Source of the DNA: an uncultured virus (IMG/VR IMGVR_UViG_2576861188_000003)
Taxonomy: Duplodnaviria > Heunggongvirae > Uroviricota > Caudoviricetes
Direction: 5' to 3' (one strand)
IMG/VR virus record: IMGVR_UViG_2576861188_000003
DNA: 64,000 nt
The notes under the pieces are model-generated. The model made no database searches. It had not been told where the DNA came from and worked only from the letters and a program-made list of their open reading frames with translations. The position numbers were made by a program, and so were the translations under genes. This document shows positions 9,629 through 19,513 of the stretch, piece after piece (position 1 is the first letter of the stretch; every line of letters begins with the position of its first letter).

Positions 9629-11070
9629 TAGTACCCCCAAACAAAATACATGAAAGAAATACTGCTATTTGCAAGCACTACACCTGATTTAGTTCCCCTG
9701 ATAGCAAAACTAACCTGATTAATTGGTCCGTTTGTCGGTGGGTACGATGAAAAAATGAAGGGATCTAAATCCCCAGCAAAGGATGCCTTGCTTTGATGCG
9801 CCTCTGCATAAATATATGTACTGGGAAACGTATCAGGCAGTGTTAAAAATATATTCCCCTGTGCATCTGTTGGGGTTGTTTGCTGCCCACACATCATTTT
9901 TAACCCACCAGGTAGATTTAATACTATCGACGTGGCAGATCTTGACGATACGAAGCTGGACATATCAGGTATCTGCCCGGAGCCGGTGCCGACGTTCTTC
10001 GTTGCCGCTGTTCCCAAACCGAGGTACTGGAGAAGGTCTGAAACACTTTTCCCGCTAAGGTTCGTCAATGTGTTATCTATAGGCTGTTTCCCCGCCAGCG
10101 CGTTCATCACCGTTGTCGCAAAGTTAGGATCATTTCCCAGCGCTGCCGCCAGTTCATTCAGTGTATCCAGCGCCTCCGGCGACGAACCGACCAGCCCCGC
10201 AACGGCAGATTTCACAAACGCGGTAGTGGCAATCTGCGTATTATTCGTTGACTGAACAGCAGTAGGAGCCGTTGGCGTTCCGGTCAGGGCCGGGCTTGCC
10301 AGCGGTGCTTTCAGTGCCAGCGCATTGTTAATGGTGGTACTGAAATTCGGATCATTATTGATAGCTGCCGCAATTTCTTTCAGCGTATCCAGCGTTGCCG
10401 GTGCGCCACCTATCAGGGAAAGAATAGCGGCCTGTACAAAGGCTGTACTGGCAATCAGGGTGCTGTTGTTTCCTGCCGGTGGCGTTGGCGTTTTAGGCAT
10501 GCCTGTCAGAGTCGGACTGTCTTTTGGTGCATACTGCGAATGAGGATCAACAGCAGCAAGATGCTTTGCCATCAAGTCATCCACATACACCTTAAGTTCC
10601 AGCACCTTGTCATCCACATATTTGCGGGTTGCCAGCACTACTGCCGGGTCAATTTTCAGGGTGATGTTATCGGTGCTGCTGGTAATCAACACCATGCGCA
10701 CGGTCTGCGTGCGTCCGCTCCCTTCAGCCAGCTGCGGCTTGTAGCTCTCAGGGCAGTTGCCCACGGCAATCAGAGCGCCGGTATCATCGAACAGACCGAC
10801 CTCACGAATCCACCAACCGCCCTCAGTTTCGGGGATCACCTGCTCAGCAATAATCTGGCTGCTGTTCTGCGGATCGATGTACAGCATATTGAGGGAAGCG
10901 CGGCGTTTTTCAGCAACCAGCGCGGTCTGCTGCGCGTTTGGAGTCGGCAGCACGCCCCCACCGTCACCAACAGCCATCTGGGTTATTTTCAACGGGACGC
11001 CGAGCGCGGCGGCGCTTGCCAGTTTCGCCGCGCCGATATCCGTCAGCAGGGTATAAAATTTTGCGCTCAT
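9628..11070 (-). CDS. Tail fibre protein gpH
   Basis: MSAKFYTLLTDIGAAKLA N-terminus; two SP.LTG.P..PT...LDTL.E.AAA..NDPNF repeats; AT-rich C-terminus. Confidence 0.92.
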   Translation of the reverse strand: MSAKFYTLLTDIGAAKLASAAALGVPLKITQMAVGDGGGVLPTPNAQQTALVAEKRRASLNMLYIDPQNSSQIIAEQVIPETEGGWWIREVGLFDDTGALIAVGNCPESYKPQLAEGSGRTQTVRMVLITSSTDNITLKIDPAVVLATRKYVDDKVLELKVYVDDLMAKHLAAVDPHSQYAPKDSPTLTGMPKTPTPPAGNNSTLIASTAFVQAAILSLIGGAPATLDTLKEIAAAINNDPNFSTTINNALALKAPLASPALTGTPTAPTAVQSTNNTQIATTAFVKSAVAGLVGSSPEALDTLNELAAALGNDPNFATTVMNALAGKQPIDNTLTNLSGKSVSDLLQYLGLGTAATKNVGTGSGQIPDMSSFVSSRSATSIVLNLPGGLKMMCGQQTTPTDAQGNIFLTLPDTFPSTYIYAEAHQSKASFAGDLDPFIFSSYPPTNGPINQVSFAIRGTKSGVVLANSSISFMYFVWGY

Positions 11071-11672
11071 GGATTCACTCTCATTGTGTCAATAACATGG
11101 ACCGCCCCGCCCTCATAAGCGGTGCCGCCGGAAATAATGGTTTCGTTGATATACGGATAGATCGTGATTTCTTCGCCGCTGTAGGTGGCTGCGCCCACAA
11201 AATAGGGGCCGCTGGTCTGCAGGTTGATGGACATGCCGATCAGATGGCGGCTGCACGGCTTGGCGTCACCGATCAAGCGCTCCAGCTCCAGATAGGTTTC
11301 TTCTGTGATACCCTGGTCCTGCACGCCAATGTCCAGGCGAAACGTGCCCGGCTGCTCGCCGGTCTGCCACCACTCAATGATGCGGATCAGAAAGCCAAAT
11401 GGCTCCACCACGCGCCGCACGGCGCTGGTTGTCCCCTTGTGCTGATGGATGTAGAAAGCATCCTGCACCACACGGCGCTTGACGCTCTCTGTCCAACTCT
11501 CGTCCCAGCGGTCAACGGAAAACGCCCACGCCAGATACGGCAGAAAGCTGACCGGACACGTTGCCGGGTTCCACAAGTCGCGCAGCGGCACCTGCAGATC
11601 GGAAATACCGCTGCAGGTCTGCGCCAGTCGGCGCTCAAGCGGCGATGAACCGGGCGGCAGCAGGCTATTCAT
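11067..11672 (-). CDS. Baseplate protein gpI
   Basis: LPYLAWAFSVDRWDESW; HQHKGT. Confidence 0.92.
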   Translation of the reverse strand: MNSLLPPGSSPLERRLAQTCSGISDLQVPLRDLWNPATCPVSFLPYLAWAFSVDRWDESWTESVKRRVVQDAFYIHQHKGTTSAVRRVVEPFGFLIRIIEWWQTGEQPGTFRLDIGVQDQGITEETYLELERLIGDAKPCSRHLIGMSINLQTSGPYFVGAATYSGEEITIYPYINETIISGGTAYEGGAVHVIDTMRVNP

Positions 11673-12573
11673 CCGTGCCCCCGTTGATCACGCTCCATTC
11701 CGTACAGGATGCCGCCTGCGTCTTATCCAGCACAACATCTGCCAGCGGGGAGGCCAGCTCCACACGCTGTACGCCCTCAACGTGCAGCGCGGCATAAATG
11801 GCGCTGCGGCGGATATCACGGCCCAGCCGCGTCTGGCTGGCGATGTACTTCTTCAGGCTGGCTTTTGCCGCCGCCATCACCGGCTCCGCTTCCGGCCCCG
11901 GATAAAGAAAAATCGTTGCATCCACGCTGTAAGGGATTATTTCGGCGCTGCGCACCGTCAGTCGGTCTGCCACCGGACGCACGTTCTCGCTGTTAAGCGC
12001 CTGCTCCACCACTGCCAGCAGATCAGCCTCTGCCGTACCGTCACCTTCACGGCTCAGTACGGTAAGCACCACCTCCGCCGGTTCCGGGCTGGTTGCGCTG
12101 GCGTCCGCCACGCGCCCGTCTGCGCTTTTGGCGTGAAACTCATAGGCCGCCGTCGGTCCTGCAACGGACAATCCCTCAAACGCCGCCGGAACACGCAGGC
12201 GCAGCGCATCATCGCTTTCCATTACTGCCGCTACCGGCGGCACCGCATCGTTGTCGGCAGGCGTTACCGTCAGGCGTTTCACGTTGTAGTTGGCTGCCAG
12301 CTGATCGAGATCGCCGCCGATGGCATATGCCACCATGACCGCCTGCGCGGCTTCGTTGATACGCTGGCGCAAAAGGATTTCGCGGTAGGTGCTTTCCTGC
12401 AGCAGCTTGGTGACGGGTTCAGATTCCAGCGCTAATGTGCGCATAACAGCCTCCTGTTCATTTACCGGGTAAAGGGCCACAAAAGCGGCCTTGCGCTCAG
12501 CCAGCAGCGTCTCAAAATCCGGCACGTCCACTATCTGCGGCGCGGGCAGCTGGGAAAGGTCAATCACTGCCAT
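11665..12573 (-). CDS. Baseplate assembly protein gpJ
   Basis: MAVIDLSQLPAPQIVD; SVAGPTAAYEFHA. Confidence 0.92.
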   Translation of the reverse strand: MAVIDLSQLPAPQIVDVPDFETLLAERKAAFVALYPVNEQEAVMRTLALESEPVTKLLQESTYREILLRQRINEAAQAVMVAYAIGGDLDQLAANYNVKRLTVTPADNDAVPPVAAVMESDDALRLRVPAAFEGLSVAGPTAAYEFHAKSADGRVADASATSPEPAEVVLTVLSREGDGTAEADLLAVVEQALNSENVRPVADRLTVRSAEIIPYSVDATIFLYPGPEAEPVMAAAKASLKKYIASQTRLGRDIRRSAIYAALHVEGVQRVELASPLADVVLDKTQAASCTEWSVINGGTDE

Positions 12574-12919
12574 TGTCTGCTCCTGTTGATACCGAAAGGG
12601 AAACCGGCGCGCCGTTATTGCGCTGCCCGGTAAGCTCCACCACCATAGAGCTGTCAAAATTGCTGCTGATGGTGATGGAATCCAGCGTAAGCCGTGGCTC
12701 CCAGCGGCTCAGCGCCACATAGACTGCAGACATGACCTGCAGGCGTAGCGCCGGGTTCTGCGGCTGGTCAATCAGAGCTGAAAGCAGGGAGCCGTACTCC
12801 CGGCGGGCAATCCGGCTGCCCTGCGGCGTCAGCAGAATATCCCGCACTGACTGGCGCAGATGGTCCGTATCAGTAATGGCCTTACCGTTTCCCTGGCTCA
12901 TGCCGATATACAGCGTCAT
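12560..12919 (-). CDS. Baseplate protein gpW (gp25-like)
   Basis: HLRQSVRDILLTPQGSR; RWEPRL. Confidence 0.9.
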   Translation of the reverse strand: MTLYIGMSQGNGKAITDTDHLRQSVRDILLTPQGSRIARREYGSLLSALIDQPQNPALRLQVMSAVYVALSRWEPRLTLDSITISSNFDSSMVVELTGQRNNGAPVSLSVSTGADNGSD

Positions 12920-13494
12920 ACCGGGCCTCCTGACGTATCGCCGCCGGACTTAACGCCGGTGTGACCGTGTTTATCCACCACGATCCCGTTGGAACTCATC
13001 GCGCCGCCGCCCTGGGTGACGCCGCCATTGATCACCACCTCGCTGTTAATGCGCGTGGTATCAGCCTCCACCACAAACTCACCGGTTTTGAGGGTGATAT
13101 TGTCCGCCGCCTCGATCACCATGGATTTGATACCCCGGACATGCCACCGCCCGGTGGCGGGTTCATACTCAAACCAGCCCCCGTCCGGGTACTCCGTCAC
13201 GCAACCGTCCACGGAGTCCGACGGCGGTGCAAACTGATTGGAATAGATGGCAGGCAACGCAAAAGCGGTTTCCAGATTGCCGCCCATGCTCAGCACCACC
13301 ACCTGCTCATCCGGCGACGGGCACCACCATGTACGGGCACCACCGGCACGCAGCGTCAGCCAGTTAATCCAGTTGGTTTCAAGCTCGCCCACTCTCACCC
13401 GGCACAGCCAGTTTTCCCGGTCCACTTCGGTCACAGTGCCGGTGCGGATCAGGTTGGTGATAAGGCGCATGATTTCGGTCAGTTGTGCATTCAT
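12916..13494 (-). CDS. Baseplate spike gpV
   Basis: NLIRTGTVTEVD; C-terminal HGHTG. Confidence 0.92.
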   Translation of the reverse strand: MNAQLTEIMRLITNLIRTGTVTEVDRENWLCRVRVGELETNWINWLTLRAGGARTWWCPSPDEQVVVLSMGGNLETAFALPAIYSNQFAPPSDSVDGCVTEYPDGGWFEYEPATGRWHVRGIKSMVIEAADNITLKTGEFVVEADTTRINSEVVINGGVTQGGGAMSSNGIVVDKHGHTGVKSGGDTSGGPV

Positions 13495-13540
13495 AACGAA
13501 AGGTTGCCATCAGAGGGAAAAGGGAGGCAGCGCGGGCGCT

Positions 13541-13558
13541 TGTGCCAACGGTGGCACA
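13541..13558. promoter_or_regulatory. Ogr-family activator site of the V late promoter
   Basis: TGT-GCCAACGGTGGC-ACA. Confidence 0.7.
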
Positions 13559-13562
13559 AAGA

Positions 13563-14009
13563 TCACCCCGCCAGCCAGCGCAGCAGAGTGTCACGGGTGA
13601 TGGTTTCCACTTCATCATTCACACCCAGCAGGCGGCGCTCTGCGTAGCGGACCTCCGGGCCTTTTCGGCTGACGCGATCCCGCAGGCCGTAATGGTGAAC
13701 ACGGGCAATGCGCTGCACCTTGCCATCAAACTGCACGCTGGCAGAGTCCGCACTGGCGGCGGTTTTCAGGTATTTTATGGTGCGAAGCTTTGCAAACATC
13801 TGGCGTTTGATGCGTCCCTTCTTGCTGCGGGCTGTCACCCGGCGCGGCTCATAGCCACTGCCGTCAGGATTACGCTGCAGCCTGATGTTCTGCTGCTGCG
13901 TCCGGCGCAGCTGTTGCGCCAGTTGCCGCATCATACGGTTGCGTGCGGCAGGCTCCAGATTTGCCAGCAACGCCGTCAGCCAGTCGTCCACCCTCTGCAA
14001 CTCATCCAC
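13563..14009 (-). CDS. Tail completion protein gpS
   Basis: QRNPDGSGYEPR; IARVHHYG. Confidence 0.9.
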   Translation of the reverse strand: MDELQRVDDWLTALLANLEPAARNRMMRQLAQQLRRTQQQNIRLQRNPDGSGYEPRRVTARSKKGRIKRQMFAKLRTIKYLKTAASADSASVQFDGKVQRIARVHHYGLRDRVSRKGPEVRYAERRLLGVNDEVETITRDTLLRWLAG

Positions 14010-14433
14010 GTTTCACCGTCCACATTTCTTCGGGTTCGTCCGGTTCCGGCACCGCTTCAACGCTCGACACGCTGCCGTCAGTGCTGACCAGCACACGCTC
14101 AGTCAGTTGCAGGTTCATGCTGATATCGCACACATCGTTGCGCAGAATATCCACTTCAAAGGTGAACAGTTTTTCGCGCAGATCCGGGTTGTTGATGGCG
14201 TCCGGCTGGCTGGTACTGAGCCACAGCAGGACTGGAGCCATCAGCAGATTCTGGTCGCCGCTGAAATCCTCGATCACCACGTTCAGGGTGTAGCGGTATT
14301 CCCATGACATGGAGCTGGCACCGGTTGCCACCAGTGAGCCGTTATCAACGAAAAGGTGCAGTTTGTCCGGGTTGTCCCGGACATAGGCAACCGCTTTATT
14401 CAGGGCGCTGCGTAAGGACTGCGGTTTGTTCAC
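14002..14433 (-). CDS. Tail completion protein gpR
   Basis: GTG start NKPQSLRSAL; LQLTERV. Confidence 0.88.
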   Translation of the reverse strand: MNKPQSLRSALNKAVAYVRDNPDKLHLFVDNGSLVATGASSMSWEYRYTLNVVIEDFSGDQNLLMAPVLLWLSTSQPDAINNPDLREKLFTFEVDILRNDVCDISMNLQLTERVLVSTDGSVSSVEAVPEPDEPEEMWTVKRG

Positions 14434-14686
14434 TGTCTCGCTCCTGACACGCAATAATCGTGTCCACTTTGTCAGCACAGGCCGCCCAAGCGGCCTCGGT
14501 TTCATCCAGCACCGCATTCAGATCGCCGTTACTGCGCGGCGCTGACCTTTCCAGGCGGCACTGCGTCACTCTGGGACAGCCACTCACGGTAAGCTGCACC
14601 TCCGGCGAGGGCCGGGCGGTCCCGCAGCCGGATAATGTCAGCAGGCAAAGGAGTGTCAGCCCAGCGGCGTAAATCCTCGTTTTCAC
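14396..14686 (-). CDS. lysC: Outer-membrane spanin LysC
   Basis: Lipobox LSGC; overlaps lysB in another frame; AWAACADKVD. Confidence 0.85.
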   Translation of the reverse strand: MKTRIYAAGLTLLCLLTLSGCGTARPSPEVQLTVSGCPRVTQCRLERSAPRSNGDLNAVLDETEAAWAACADKVDTIIACQERDSEQTAVLTQRPE

Positions 14687-14954
14687 GTTTTAGCTCCTCG
14701 ATCCGGCGCTGGCGACTTCGCAACAGTGCGATGGTCTGCTCCGCTGCCGCATAAAGCCGCGTCTGCTCCCGGCTGTTGGTTTCGGTCAGAATGGACAGGC
14801 CGATCAGCTGGCTGTTTTTCTTCGTCAGCTCCTGCGTTTTGCTTTTCAGCTCCGCACCCTGCGTCGCGATGGTGTGGCTGGCATTGTTAAGCCGCCATGA
14901 CTGCCAGCCCAGCGCCGCAAGCGCCAGCGCCAGCACTACCGCCAGCGCACGCAT
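14529..14954 (-). CDS. lysB: Inner-membrane spanin LysB
   Basis: N-terminal TM, coiled coil, WADTPLPADIIRL. Confidence 0.87.
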   Translation of the reverse strand: MRALAVVLALALAALGWQSWRLNNASHTIATQGAELKSKTQELTKKNSQLIGLSILTETNSREQTRLYAAAEQTIALLRSRQRRIEELKRENEDLRRWADTPLPADIIRLRDRPALAGGAAYREWLSQSDAVPPGKVSAAQ

Positions 14955-15331
14955 CAGGCTGCCATCGGCTCATGAAGCTGCGCGCGGGCAATCTGATACA
15001 GAACCAGCGTCAGCAGGTAAAACACCAGGGTGATCACCCATCCCGAAAACGCCAGGCACAGAACAATAAGCAGCCTGATTACCCATGTGCGCACGGGTTT
15101 TACGGGGTGCGCCCTGAATTTCAGCAATGCAGCCCTGACCTCATCGCGTGCCCGATCTCCGGCGAACCACCCGACAGCGCACAGCGCAGCAAGCAGCCAG
15201 GCGAGGAAGCATGACACCCAGACAGACGCACCAACCAGAACCGGCGCACCGCTGCGCGGATACAGCAGACTGATAACCAACAGCGCAGCCCATGCCAGCT
15301 GGAAAAAAACGCTCATGACTTTCTTTTTCAT
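14954..15331 (-). CDS. Multi-pass membrane protein in lysis cassette (lysA position)
   Basis: About 4 hydrophobic segments; between endolysin and lysB. Confidence 0.65.
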   Translation of the reverse strand: MKKKVMSVFFQLAWAALLVISLLYPRSGAPVLVGASVWVSCFLAWLLAALCAVGWFAGDRARDEVRAALLKFRAHPVKPVRTWVIRLLIVLCLAFSGWVITLVFYLLTLVLYQIARAQLHEPMAA

Positions 15332-15335
15332 TCCG

Positions 15336-15845
15336 TTATGCTCCTTTTAAGCACCAGACCATTTCCCGCGCGCGGCGGTTGTCCAGCCCCTGATTAAACA
15401 CACCTTTGACATATACCCAGCGCGGCAGCTGATGGCAGGCTTCCGCCCAGCGCCGCTGGTTCAGCAACTTAACCAGCGTGGAGCTGCAGGCGTTGCCGGT
15501 GCCAACGTTGAAAGCAAACGACACCACCGCGTCATAGACCTTTTGCGGCATCGGCTGCACCACACATTTATCCAGCGCCCGCTCCACGCGCAGCACATTG
15601 GTGATAAGTCCCTGCGCCGCCTGCCGTTCCGTGATGGTTTTTCCAGGCACCACACCGGACGTATTACCGATCCCGTCAGTCCACACGCCCGCGCTGCACT
15701 GATAAGGCTGCAGGCGGCATCCCTCGTAATCGGCGATCAGTTTCAGCCCCTCAACGGAGGTATGAAGCGACTGGAAACCGGGCAGCGTGGCGGCGATAGC
15801 CAGCACCGCCCCGACAAGGCAGCGCTTAACGATTGAAGGATTCAT
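15336..15845 (-). CDS. Endolysin (GH24 lysozyme, probable SAR N-terminus)
   Basis: EGCRLQPYQCSAGVWTDGIG; weakly hydrophobic N-terminus. Confidence 0.9.
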   Translation of the reverse strand: MNPSIVKRCLVGAVLAIAATLPGFQSLHTSVEGLKLIADYEGCRLQPYQCSAGVWTDGIGNTSGVVPGKTITERQAAQGLITNVLRVERALDKCVVQPMPQKVYDAVVSFAFNVGTGNACSSTLVKLLNQRRWAEACHQLPRWVYVKGVFNQGLDNRRAREMVWCLKGA

Positions 15846-16041
15846 ATTCCCCCCGCGAAATTTTGCCGCCACGTAACAATTTGAAAGACTGGTGTTTGTA
15901 GTACCAGTTGATAGCCAGCATCAGCACACCAATCAGTACGCCGCCAACCGTTGACGCATCCTTGAGCGACAGATCGCCCAGCCATGCCAGCAGCACGGCG
16001 ATGCAGTAAGTGATAAAGGCGCTGATTCGTTCAAGCGTCAT
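15826..16041 (-). CDS. Holin (HP1-like)
   Basis: 71 aa, TM segments, NWYYK, upstream of lysozyme. Confidence 0.85.
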   Translation of the reverse strand: MTLERISAFITYCIAVLLAWLGDLSLKDASTVGGVLIGVLMLAINWYYKHQSFKLLRGGKISRGEYESFNR

Positions 16042-16044
16042 AAT

Positions 16045-16248
16045 TCAGTCCCATAGCTGGACGGTCTGCGCCGTGGTTGACGCCGTAATGTCCGGCAGCT
16101 CCACCTGCAGCCCGTGCGGTAAAAATGGGCCGTACTCAGCCAGCCCCGGATTTGCCTGCAGAACCTGCTCAGTGACACCCTGCGTGCGCCCGTAATGACG
16201 CCAGCAAAGCGCGTCCACCGTGTCATACTGATGCGCACGCACTTTCAT
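16045..16248 (-). CDS. Tail protein X
   Basis: DTVDALCWRHYG...ANPGLA...VQLWD. Confidence 0.9.
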   Translation of the reverse strand: MKVRAHQYDTVDALCWRHYGRTQGVTEQVLQANPGLAEYGPFLPHGLQVELPDITASTTAQTVQLWD

Positions 16249-16712
16249 CAGATAAGCTCCACCGTACAGTGCGGTGCATCCTGCACCCGGCTGATGGCCC
16301 AGCGGGCATCACGCCACAGATCGCCGCTGGCCTCCGCCAGCTCCTCCCCTCGCTTCACGCCTGACGCCGTGGCGTCATAGTCCTGATAACGCTCATTGAG
16401 CACGGCGCGCGCCCAGCAAAAAACGGCGTTGTGGTAGTGCCGGATACGCTCGCTTTTGCCGTCCAGCATTTCTGCGGGAACCTCAACCAGTGTCCGCCAG
16501 CCCAGCATCTGCTGACGCTTGCGGAAATCGTACAGCTCAGCGTTAACCTCAGAGATCGCCGTCAGCACGACCTGCTTTAAACGCGGCTGCGTCACCGTGC
16601 CATCAGTGCGCATCACACTGCGAAATTCCGACAGGTCCACATCAGGCCAGAACGGCGTATTTTTGATGACCTCCGCCTGTTCCGGTGCCTGTTCGGGCGC
16701 AACAAACTTCAT
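16248..16712 (-). CDS. Head completion protein gpL
   Basis: NTPFWPDVDL; DARWAISR. Confidence 0.9.
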   Translation of the reverse strand: MKFVAPEQAPEQAEVIKNTPFWPDVDLSEFRSVMRTDGTVTQPRLKQVVLTAISEVNAELYDFRKRQQMLGWRTLVEVPAEMLDGKSERIRHYHNAVFCWARAVLNERYQDYDATASGVKRGEELAEASGDLWRDARWAISRVQDAPHCTVELI

Positions 16713-16805
16713 GCGGCTTTCTCCTGAATAAGTGGGCGGTGGACGGGGTTTTGATGTGGCAGTGCCTTTCGCCACCCCGTGCCGCCCGTGCGCGGGGCAC
16801 GTTCT

Positions 16806-17456
16806 TTAGCGGCTGTCATTGCGCAGTCTGCGCTCCAGCTGCTGCTTTTCTTTTTTCACGCCACAGCGGGGATCGAGCTGCAGCGCATGGGTAAGGTGAT
16901 TCAGGGCAGATGCCGGGTTGCTTTCACTCAGTACAGCGCCGATGGCTTTATGCAGGCGCGCCCGCGACTGGTCCGGCATATCCAGATCGGTTGTCAGGCC
17001 CAGCGTCTGCAGGAGCAGATCGGCATCAAAACCAGCAGCGGCAAGCAGGGCGCTTTGCGCCGCGTCTGCCATTTCTTCTGCCAGCACGGTCTGCACGTTA
17101 CGGTTGCCCAGCGGCATCACCCAGCCATGGCGCAGCGCATGACGCCCGATTTCCAGCGCACCGGCATAATCACCGGCGTCGATACGCCACAGCATCACGT
17201 ACATCAGCACGTCATCCTGCTGCGCACCTCCGGCAGCCAGCACCCCCTCCGCCCAGGCGGAATATTTCGGCAGCAGCTCCACCTTGATTTCCGCCTTTTT
17301 CACCGTGGACTGGACGCCCTTGAGGCGGCGGCGGTCTTCTGCCAGCTGCAGCAGCATCAGGTCATATCCCGACGCATGGCGAACACTGCCGCCCTCACGG
17401 GCGGCCTGTTCGGCCTGAATGCGCAGGCGGTGCTGCCGTGCGGGACTCAGGCTCAT
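16806..17456 (-). CDS. Terminase small/endonuclease subunit gpM
   Basis: MSLSPARQHR; MLWRIDAGDY. Confidence 0.9.
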   Translation of the reverse strand: MSLSPARQHRLRIQAEQAAREGGSVRHASGYDLMLLQLAEDRRRLKGVQSTVKKAEIKVELLPKYSAWAEGVLAAGGAQQDDVLMYVMLWRIDAGDYAGALEIGRHALRHGWVMPLGNRNVQTVLAEEMADAAQSALLAAAGFDADLLLQTLGLTTDLDMPDQSRARLHKAIGAVLSESNPASALNHLTHALQLDPRCGVKKEKQQLERRLRNDSR

Positions 17457-17459
17457 ACG

Positions 17460-18521
17460 TTATTCCCCACCTTCCGGTGCGTCAGGCGCGCTGAAATCAC
17501 CGATTTCAATGTTTTCAACCAGCGCCGCGCAGCGGTAGTCCTCGACCACATACGCCTCGTTGACGGATTCAAAGTTTTCAATCCGGTCACGTTTCGGGTT
17601 GTCGATAACAGAACGGCGGCGGGTATCTTCCTGCCAGTAGATGGACAGGTTATCCAGACGGGTGATCAGCAGGGCATTTGCCGGGAAATAAGGCGCACGC
17701 ACGGCCTGCAGGCCGCCCATACGTTTCTGGCTGATGATCAGATCGGCGGCAATTTTCTCGCTGTTGTCCTGCTCTTTGTTGACCAGCGGGAAATACTTGT
17801 CAGACAGCAGTTCACGTCCGCAGACGACAACCAGATCGTCATCATCCTGATAAACCGCGTCGATCAGCTCGTTGACGGCATCCATCACCACGGCGTCCAG
17901 GTTGGCATAGTCGCCGCCCTTTCCCACTTTGACCGCGCCTGCAGTCGTTGCACCGTCTTTTGTGGTGCTGCCCATGACGTGATCCGGCGCGTCTTCGCGG
18001 ATTTTCTGCAGCCAGCCTTTATTGACGTCCTGCAGCAGCGGGTTTTCAGCACGGTTGGAGGTTTTGGCACGCTTCACGCCGTTAAAGCCGATCATGATGC
18101 GGTCCAGCGCCTGACGCTTGACGATGGCGTTGCGGATACGCACCTGGAAGTCCTGGAACTTCGCCCACAGGTCCAGTTTTGCGTAGGTCAGCACCGTGTC
18201 AAAGTTGGTCTGCTCACATTTGTATTCCACGTCTTCCATCAGCGTCGGATCGGTAGGCTCGCGCTCTTTGGTGGTGGTATCGGTGGTTCCGGCAATGGTG
18301 CTGCCAACGCCCAGCCCCAGCAACTGACCGGACTGCTCAGTGACCGGCGTGATGTTAATCAGCGTCAGGAAAGCGGCGGACTGCTGGATCTGGTCTTCCA
18401 GCGTCTGCTGCACGGACGGCTCTACGGTGAACTTACTGGAGAGTTCTTCAATCTCCACACCGTTCAGGCGCGCCAGCTGCTGCAGGTAAGCGTTAAAGGC
18501 AAAGCGGGTTTTCTTTTTCAT
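17460..18521 (-). CDS. Major capsid protein gpN (P2 family)
   Basis: QALDRIMIGFNG; NPLLQDVNKGWLQK. Confidence 0.95.
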   Translation of the reverse strand: MKKKTRFAFNAYLQQLARLNGVEIEELSSKFTVEPSVQQTLEDQIQQSAAFLTLINITPVTEQSGQLLGLGVGSTIAGTTDTTTKEREPTDPTLMEDVEYKCEQTNFDTVLTYAKLDLWAKFQDFQVRIRNAIVKRQALDRIMIGFNGVKRAKTSNRAENPLLQDVNKGWLQKIREDAPDHVMGSTTKDGATTAGAVKVGKGGDYANLDAVVMDAVNELIDAVYQDDDDLVVVCGRELLSDKYFPLVNKEQDNSEKIAADLIISQKRMGGLQAVRAPYFPANALLITRLDNLSIYWQEDTRRRSVIDNPKRDRIENFESVNEAYVVEDYRCAALVENIEIGDFSAPDAPEGGE

Positions 18522-18537
18522 CGGGTTTTATGCTCCA

Positions 18538-19371
18538 TCAGCAATTGGTCAGGGTGCCTGCCGGTGCGTCACCGCCCGGCGCGCGCTGGCGGTAGTCTTT
18601 ACGGCTGTCTTCGCTGCTCAGCTTCTGCTCAAGCTCGGCAAAGGCGGCCTGCTGCTCCTGCAGGGAGGACTCCAGCTCAGAAAGGCGTTTGTCCTGTTCG
18701 GACAGGGATTTATCAGTGCGCTCGCTCAGGTTCTGCTGCTCGGTAGCGACCAGCTCCACGGCTTTATGCACATCGGAGAAACGCGCCTCATCGGTCTGCT
18801 CTTTTTTGGTGAACAGCGCGGTGACGCGGGCAAAGAGGGACGGCTTTTCGTCCTGGGCTTCTTCCAGTTCAATCAGCGTTTCAACCGCTTCCGAAAACAG
18901 GTTTTCAGGGTTCTGCTTACGGTTCGCCAGCGGGTTATGCGCGGCGCTGGCGCTGAATGCCAGCATTTCGGTGCCAAGGCTCGCCGGATCGTCCGTCGCA
19001 CCCAGCCCCACAAGGTAGGCTTTGCCGGTGTCGGCAAACTTCGTGCTGACCTCCATGGAGGTGAAAAGCTTCTGGCCTTTCTTCACCAGTTCCACCAGGG
19101 CGTCCGTAGGTTCGATATCGGCATAAAGCGCCATCTTGCCCGCCAGCGGCCCGTCCTTGATTTCTTCTGCAACCAGCCCCATCACCCTGCCGTAGCGGTT
19201 AAAGGTGCTATCCGGCAGATAAGACTTGATGTGCTCAAGGTTAATCAGCGCGGTATAGACCGTCGGGTTGTAGCTGGCAGCCATCTGTACCAGCCATTCA
19301 CGCTGGATTTCGCGCCCGTCAGTGGTGGCACCTTCCACCCCGATACGGAAACGCTTTGCTTTCACTGTCAT
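18538..19371 (-). CDS. Capsid scaffolding/protease gpO
   Basis: FRIGVEGATTDGREI; TDDPASLGTE. Confidence 0.93.
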   Translation of the reverse strand: MTVKAKRFRIGVEGATTDGREIQREWLVQMAASYNPTVYTALINLEHIKSYLPDSTFNRYGRVMGLVAEEIKDGPLAGKMALYADIEPTDALVELVKKGQKLFTSMEVSTKFADTGKAYLVGLGATDDPASLGTEMLAFSASAAHNPLANRKQNPENLFSEAVETLIELEEAQDEKPSLFARVTALFTKKEQTDEARFSDVHKAVELVATEQQNLSERTDKSLSEQDKRLSELESSLQEQQAAFAELEQKLSSEDSRKDYRQRAPGGDAPAGTLTNC

Positions 19372-19449
19372 GAGCCGTGCTCCGTTAGAAATAACTTACT
19401 GGAGCCTTATGTTTGCGGTGATGGGGGGAGTGAAACAACGCGCGGCACT

Positions 19450-19467
19450 TGTACGGTAAACCACACA
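19450..19467. promoter_or_regulatory. Ogr-family activator site of the divergent O/P promoters
   Basis: TGT-ACGGTAAACCAC-ACA between O and P. Confidence 0.7.
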
Positions 19468-19513
19468 AACCGCAGCCGGGGAAAGCCGCCTGTCAAGGCC
19501 GTATGTTTGTGCC

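Noticed and set aside
16779..18746. 655-aa plus-strand ORF, and similar long ORFs at 3848-4810, 8185-9189, 11479-12435, 27000-27926
   Set aside because: Antisense shadows of well-supported GC-rich phage genes; no recognisable motifs
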